In this document: positions 57,070 to 64,000 of the stretch, in pieces
How positions within the stretch are numbered: position 1 is the stretch's first letter
Layout of the letters: each line of letters opens with the position of its first letter
NCBI GenBank assembly: GCA_030390025.1
Contig: CM059427.1
Span: forward strand, 33,852,001 to 33,916,000
Source of the DNA: Squalus acanthias
Lineage: Eukaryota
DNA: 64,000 bases
Reading direction: 5' to 3'
The notes under the pieces: model-generated
What the model was told of the DNA's origin: nothing
What the model saw: the letters and a program-made list of their open reading frames with translations, nothing else
Databases searched by the model: none
Program-made: the position numbers and the translations under genes

Positions 57070-57415
57070 CAGGGGAGAGTTAACATTTCAGGTCGGTGAC
57101 CTTTCGTCAGAACTGAAAAATATTACAGATTTTAAGCAAGTACAAAGGCAGTGAAAGGGGGGAGGGGATGAAAGAACAAGAGGATAGGTCTGTGATAGGG
57201 TGGAAGGCAGGAGTGATTAAATGACAAAAGGGATGATGGTGCAGGGCAAAAGGGGATGGCAATGGGACAAGTAAAGAAACAAAAGATGGGTCTAGAGGAG
57301 CTGTAAATGGCAACAGCAGAATCATTACCAGCACCCACTGTCCGAAAAAATGGGAGCAGTGGTTATGAGCTGAAACTGTTGAACTCGATGTTGAGTCCGT
57401 AAGGTTGTAAACTGA
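57070..57415 (-). mobile_element. Penelope-like element 3' fragment
   Basis: Minus strand QPYGLNIEFNSFSS*, pyrimidine tract, CTGACGAAAGGTCACCGACCTGAAATGTTAAC. Confidence 0.75.
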
Positions 57416-58016
57416 ACTTTGAGCCTCCTTCTCTCCTCCGTCCAAAAATGTAAGATTAATTCAGTTCCAATTTTTTCTGAACGAGGTACCATCACCTTTA
57501 AGGTGCTGCTGCAGAACGTTAAATCCTGCACAGAAGTAGCACAGAACATTCTGTCCCACAACCAACAAGCTCTCAATGGCAGCCACCGTTCAACTCCAAA
57601 GCTCACTGACCCAATTATAATGAGAACTGCCCTCAAAAGTTCCAGCAGCTCAGCCATTGCTGTGGGTGTAAAACCTGCCATGTCCGTCTCTTGCTCCTGC
57701 TTATAACTTTAGCATTTACACAATTTAATACATACAAGGGATAATCTTTGCATTGATATTTTTCCTTCAATTAAAATGATGTAGTGACTGGAATTTCATA
57801 TAAATTTTAATCAGTGTTAAATCAAACATATTTTTGGCAATAAAAGTTTAGTTTTATTTACTTCTTTATTGGCCATGCTAAGTTTTCACATTTCCAGTAT
57901 ATGATGTACACAAAATTGAACTTGGCAGTCCTGCAGTTGAGGAGATTCTGGAATCATCTGTTCCAAGTGGCCCTCTTACATGCTGTGGGTCCAGCCTTCA
58001 TTAACTTATCAATCTG

Positions 58017-61000
58017 TCATAGAGTCATAATGGCACAGAAGGAAGCCATTCGGCCCATCGAGTCCGTGCCGGCTTTCTGCAGAGCAATCCAGTCAGTCCC
58101 ATTCCCCCGCTCTATCCCCATAGCCCTGCAAGTTTATTTCCCTCAAGTGCCTATCCAGTCTCCCCTTGAAAACATTGAGTGTCTCCGCTTCCACCACTTC
58201 CGTCGGCAGCGAATTCCAGGTCATCACCACTCGCTGCGTAAAAAGGTTTTTCCTCACATCCTCCCTGTATCTCCTGCCCAAAACCTTAAATCTGTGCCCC
58301 CTAGTCCTTGTACCATCAACTAGTGGGAACAGCCTTTCCCCGTCAAGCCTATCCAAACCCGTCATAATCTTGTACACCTCTATCAAATCACCCCTCAACC
58401 TCCTTTGCTCTAATGAAAACAAATCCAGCTTCTCCAACCTGTCCTTGTAGCTAAGATCCCAGATTCCCTGGAACCATTCTGGTAAATCTCCTCTGCACCC
58501 TCTCAAGGACCTTCACATCCTTCCTAAAGTGTGTTGACCAGAACTGGATGCAGTACTCCACTTGTGGCCTAACCAACGCTTTATAAGGGTTCAGCATAAC
58601 TTCTCTACTTTTGTACTCAATACCTCTATTTCTGAAGCCCAAGATCCCATATGCTTTGTTAACTACTCTCTCACTATGTCCTGCCACCTTCAGGGACCTA
58701 TGCACATTAACTCCCAGGTCCCTCTGTCCCTGCACACTCTTTAAAACTGTGCCTTTACGTGTATATTGCCTCTCCCTGTTCCTTCTGCCAAAATGCATCA
58801 CCTCACACTTCTCAGTATTAAATTCCATCTGCCACTTGTCTGCCCATTCTGCTAGCCTTTCTATGTCCTGTTGCAGTTGATTGGTATCATCATCACTGTT
58901 GGCCACACCTCCAAGTTTGGTGTCATCGGCAAATTTAGAAATTCTACTCTGTATTCCGATATCCAGGTCATTTATATATATAAAAAAAGCAGTGGCCCCA
59001 GCACTGACCCTTGGGGAACATCACTGTCTACCATCCTCCAGTCTGAAAAACAGCCATTTACCACAACTCGTTGTTTTCTGTCCTTAAGCTAATTCCTTAT
59101 CCAAGCTGCCACTGACCCACCTATTCCATGAGCCTCAATTTTGTTAACCAGCCTTTTATGTGGTACTTTGTCAAATGCCTTCCGAAAATCCATGTAGACA
59201 ACATCCATTGCATTCCATTCATCAATCCTCTCTGCTACTTCATCAAAAAATTCAATCAGATTAGTCAAACACGATCTGCCTTTTACAAATCCGTGTTGGC
59301 TCTCCTTAATTATCTTAAACTTCTCCAAGTGCCCGTTAATTTTTTTCTTGATTATTGTTTCTAAAACTTTACCCACCACTGATGTTAAACTGACCGGCCT
59401 GTAGTTCCTAGGATTGTCCTTACACCCTTTCTTGAACAATCGTGTCACATTTGCCACTTTCCAATCCTCAGATACCTCCCCCGCATCTAGGGAAGATTGG
59501 AAAATTATGGGAAGCCCTTCCGTTATCTCCTCCCCCAATTCCCTTAGCAACCTGGGATGCAAGCCATCTGGACCAGGCGACTTGTCCACTCTAAGCATAC
59601 CCAGCCTTTCTAGTACATCCTGTGTATCAATTTTCACCCCTTCCATTGCTTCTACCTTTTCCACTTCTACTGATATTTTGTCAGCATCCACCTCCTTAGT
59701 AAACACCGATACAAAGTATTCATTGAGTATTCTAGCCTTGCCCTGTGCCTCTAAGCATATATCACCTTCTTTGTCTCTAATAGGCCCCACCCAGCCTCTT
59801 ACTACCCGCTTACTGTGTACATGCCGGTAGAAGATTTTTGGGTTCCCTTTTATGCTAACCGCCATTCTACTCTCATATTCTCTCCTTGCCAATCTTATTT
59901 TCATCTTCACTTCCCCTCTTAACTTATTGTATTTGGTCTGGCTCTCCCTTGAAGAATTCACCTGACATGCATCATACACCCTCTTTTTTTGTTTCATCAT
60001 CTTCTCTATCTGCCTCGTCATCCAAGGAGCCCTTGCTTTGGTTCCCTTACCCTTCCCTCTTATTGGAATGTACCTAGCCTGTACTTGGAACATCTCCTCC
60101 TTAACGATCACCCATTGTTCCGTTACAGTTTTTCCTGTCAGTCTTTGGTTCCATTTTACCCTGGCTAAATCCTTTCGCATCCCATTGAAGTTAGCCCTAT
60201 TCCACTTTAGAAGTTCTACTCTAGATTGTTCCTTGCTCCTCTCCATTGCTAATCTAAATCTTATGATATGATGATCACTCGTACCCAAGTGTTCTCCCAC
60301 AGACACTTGGTCGACTTGGCCCACCTCATTCCCCAGCACCAGATCCAGCAATGCCTCCTGCCTAGTTGGGCCAAGAACATATTGGTCAAGGAAATTCTTC
60401 TGAACACATTTCAGAAATTCCTCCCACTCCTTTCCCTTTACCCTAGCATTATCCCAATCGATATTTGGGTAATTAAAGTCCCCCCATATCACCACTCTAT
60501 AGCTCTTGCATATCTCTGCGATTTCCCTGCAGATTTGCTCCTCTACCTCCCCCTCACTATTTGGAGGCCTATAGAATACCCCCAATAGTGTGATCATACC
60601 CTTTTTGCTCCTGAACTCTAACCAAATGGATTCTGTCCTTGTCCCCTCAAGAACATCCTCCCTTTCCAGCATTACAATGTCTTCCTTAATCAGCACTGCC
60701 ACCCCACCTCCCTTTTTTACTTCCCTATCTTTTCTGAATACCTTGTACCCTTGAATATTAAGTGCCCAGTCATCACCGTTTTTAAGCCACATTTCCGTTA
60801 TTGCCACATCATATTGCCACACAGCTAATTGTGCTTGTAGCTCACCAACCTTATTCACCACACTTTGTGCATTTATGTACATGCATTCTAAACCCATTTT
60901 TGAATTTTTTGTAGTCTTTCCTAGTTTGCTCCTATCTAATATGGTACCACTACCGCCTCTAGTACTATCTTCTCTAGAACTATCCAACACACTCACTCTT

Positions 61001-62325
61001 TTATGCACCTTATTCCTCTTTTCTACTCCTATATGCTGGTGCCCACCCCCCTGCCAAGCTAGTTTAAACCCTCCCCAACAGCACTGACAAACCTCCCCGT
61101 GGAATATTGGTCCTGGCTCTGTTGAGGTGTAACCCGTCCGACTTGTACAGGTCCCACCTTCCCCAGAAACAGTCCCAATGCCTCAGGAATCTAAGTCCCT
61201 CCCTCCTGTACCATCTCTCCAGCCCACGCATTCATCTGTTCTATCCTCCTATTCCTGTACTCACTATCACTTGGCACCGGGAGTAATCCGGAGATTACTA
61301 CCTTTGAGGTCCTGTTTTTTAATTTATCTCCTAGCTCCCTAAACTCTGCCTGCAGGACCTCATCCCTCTTTCTGCCTATGTCGTTGGTACCGATATGGAC
61401 AACGACCTCTGGCTGTTCACCCTCCCCCTTCAGAGTGTCCTGCAGCCGTTCAGTGACATCCTTGACCCTGGCACCAGGGAGGCAACATACCATCCTGGAG
61501 TCACGTCTATGGACTCAGAAACGCCTGTCTGCTCCCCTAACGATCGAATCGCCTACCACTATTGCTCTTCCACTCTTTTTCCTTCCCCCCTGTGCAGGTG
61601 AGCCACCCATGGTGCCGTGGACTTGACTCTGGCTGCACTCCCCAGAGGAACAATCGCCCTCACCAGTACTCAGAACAGAATACTGGTTGGAGAGCGCGAT
61701 GCACTCCGGGGACTCCTGCACTACCTGCCTGGTCCTCCTCTTCCGTCTGACGGTCACCCATTCCCTCTCTGCCTGCACACTCTTAAGCTGCGGGGTGACC
61801 ACCTCCTGAAACGTGCTATCCACGTAACTCTGAGCCTCGTGGATGCACCGCAGTGACTCCAGCCGCCGCTCAAGCTCCGAAACCCAGAGCTCGAGTTGCT
61901 GTAGCTGGAGACACTTCCCGCACATGTGGTCGTCCAGGCTACGCGAAGCGTCCAGGACTTCCCACATGGCACAGGATGTGCACTCCACGGAACTGAGCTG
62001 CACTGCCATGCCTCTATTTAATAGACTAAGAACTAACCCAGCAGAAATAAACTTAAAACTTAACAAAAAACACTCCCCAGCTACTCACTAATCAGCTCTT
62101 TCCCTCTATTTATTAGGTTATTAACTAACTTAGCAGAAATAAACTTATAAACTTAAAAAAATACACTCAGCAGCTACTCACCAATCAGCTCCTTCCCTTG
62201 TGCCGATGTCAGTTTTTTTACACTGACGTCACTTTTTCAAAAACTGCCTCTGTTGAGTTGCTGCCACTCCTTTTAACTGCTCCGCTCTCGCTGTGCTCCC
62301 ACCAGGTCCGCTCCTTTCGGTCATG
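58017..62325 (-). mobile_element. Near full-length CR1-clade LINE (5' UTR, ORF1, ORF2 EN-RT, 3' UTR), disabled
   Basis: ORF1 CxxC..CxxC plus coiled coil plus esterase-like GDS/GTND motifs (61191-62009); ORF2 endonuclease (INAQS, GDFN, SDH) and RT (YRPVSLTS, DFRKAFDKVPH) in ORFs 59089..61008, 58451..58906 and 58093..58506, broken by stop and frameshifts. Confidence 0.95.
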
Positions 62326-62439
62326 TGACACAGATTGTACCATTTCAAATACATATTATTTGTCAAAAGCACCTTGTGGACGGACGTTCTTTCCACATAA
62401 TGCAGTGCAATAATAATATTGTGACAGCTTCCACTCTAA

Positions 62440-63142
62440 GGGGGTAAAATTGGGTCGCGCCCCCTTTGGGACGCTAACTTCGCCGGGGCGCTACTTTTAG
62501 CGCCCCGCCCCCCTCTTGGGGCACTGCGAGTGAATATCGCGGCGCTACATGCCGCAGCGCCACGCTCTGCAGCACATCGTGCCGCAGTACTGCAGGCCTT
62601 CCTCCCCTTATTAAAGGGGAGGGGCCGAGCACAGCGCGACCCGGGGCCCAGCTGGGCCACCAGAAATCGGAGTGCCGGCAAAAGAGCACGGCACTCAAGA
62701 GAAGTGCCGGGCTCACGGAGCGCAGCTGGCACTCCATGGGGGGGTGGAGGGGGGGCTGCACAGAAGGCTGGGGACGGCAAAGCGGGCAGGTGCTGGCAGG
62801 CGGCCAGCAGCAAAAATGGCCGCCCGGCACCGTCCCTTTAATTTGCGCCACCCCGGCTGCAGGTAGGCCCCCCGACCCTGTCAGACATAGCGTCCGGTGG
62901 TAAGTCAGGGGTGCTATCGAAGATCGCAGCCGGGGCGCGAGCGGGGCGCTGCGCACGGCGATGACATAATCGTCGGCGACGCAGCGCTGCGGGGCGCTAA
63001 CGGTTACCGCCGCCGCTAACCTTCCCATTAAATTTTGCGTGAGGTGTTAGCAGCGCCGCGCCCAGGCGCTAGTTGCTTTGCGCCCCGTTAGCGCCCTCTT
63101 AGGACGCTAATGGGAGGTGCAAATCAACCGAATTTTTCCTCC
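62440..63142. mobile_element. Complete GC-rich Harbinger/PIF-type MITE (~700 bp)
   Basis: Imperfect TIRs GGGGGTAAAATTGGGT / GGAGGAAAAATTCGGT, TAA duplicated at 62437-62439 and 63143-63145; related copies at 1-48 and 14929-15150. Confidence 0.8.
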
Positions 63143-64000
63143 TAAAATCTGGAGCATCCAGCAATGTGTACCAAGGGGCACGGTTTGCTTTACAATAATG
63201 GAAAAATGCAACTCTGCAATGTAATGTTATCTTTGAGAGAGAAAATATTATCCATCCTTTTTTGCCAGTAGTGTGGATTTTTAAACAATGTTTAATTTAT
63301 TTTAAATTCGACCTGTAGAAATACTGAATGCATAATGGATGTATGGGTCAACTCCAGAATAGATTGGATCATCCCAGTAATTGGCTTAATTGACAGAATT
63401 TGTGACTGTGGCAGTTTCTTTTCAGGTAGTTGATAAAAATGGCCAAATTTGACCAAATGGATAATTCTGATCAAGGTATTTAATAAATGATCACAAGTAC
63501 TTGTGGATAATGCTTAAGATTTAGCTCAATATTTGTGTGACAAATTGACCAGCTGTCATTTATTTTCTGCACAGACACTGTAAAAGTATGCACCAAAAAT
63601 GAGTGTAAGTTAGATTTCCCTCTGCGCTGCTTCTGAATAGTGTCTTGATTATGAGCACAACATAAAGGAAAATTGGACACAAATCGATTGTGCCAGTTCT
63701 GCGCCTGATTTGTGCTACCCTGAACGTCCTCTATGAATTTCCTGGTTTCCGCACTGGACAGAGCCTGAAGAGGGCGTAGCAATTTAAATTATATGCAAAT
63801 AAATGCCAAATGATATCAGTCATGCCTGTGGCCAGATTTTCTCCAGTTCCACCGGTCGCAGGTCAGGGCAGATTGCTCCATAAAAACCTATCACTACAGC
63901 TTTCTTACTGATCTTTAGGTGTTAGCTGTGTTAATGGGACAAGCTGCTGGTGTCCAGTGAGTGCTGTAATTTTGGCTTTTAGCTTTCAAAATTGTTTTAT

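Noticed and set aside
59089-61008. 639-aa ORF as a host gene
   Set aside because: It is the endonuclease and N-terminal RT part of CR1 ORF2, ended by a premature stop.
62436-63028. Several 100-184 aa ORFs
   Set aside because: They lie inside a GC-rich MITE and show no transposase motif.

Overview
Vertebrate genomic DNA, most likely from a shark or other chondrichthyan, judged from the repeat families (CR1 and L2 LINEs, Deu-type SINEs, Penelope-like elements, Harbinger-type MITEs). The only intact protein-coding gene is the nuclear receptor NR4A2 (Nurr1) on the minus strand. It has two non-coding 5' exons and six coding exons (CDS 24164-27615, 1791 nt, 596 aa, all GT-AG junctions in frame), a CRE-rich proximal promoter near 30.2 kb and a CRE/MEF2-rich CpG island near 41.7 kb. 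A tRNA-Ala(CGC)/tRNA-Gly(GCC) pair lies about 21 kb upstream. The flanks are dense in transposable elements, while about 18.3-33 kb is almost free of them. The most notable observations are minimal hammerhead-ribozyme motifs in Penelope-like ends, a 73-bp G.U-biased hairpin inside a decayed Harbinger Myb/SANT gene, the apparently syntenic tRNA pair, a candidate distal NR4A2 first exon, and a frame-shifted cryptic acceptor in exon 7. Comparisons with human NR4A2 and repeat family names come from recall and need database confirmation.
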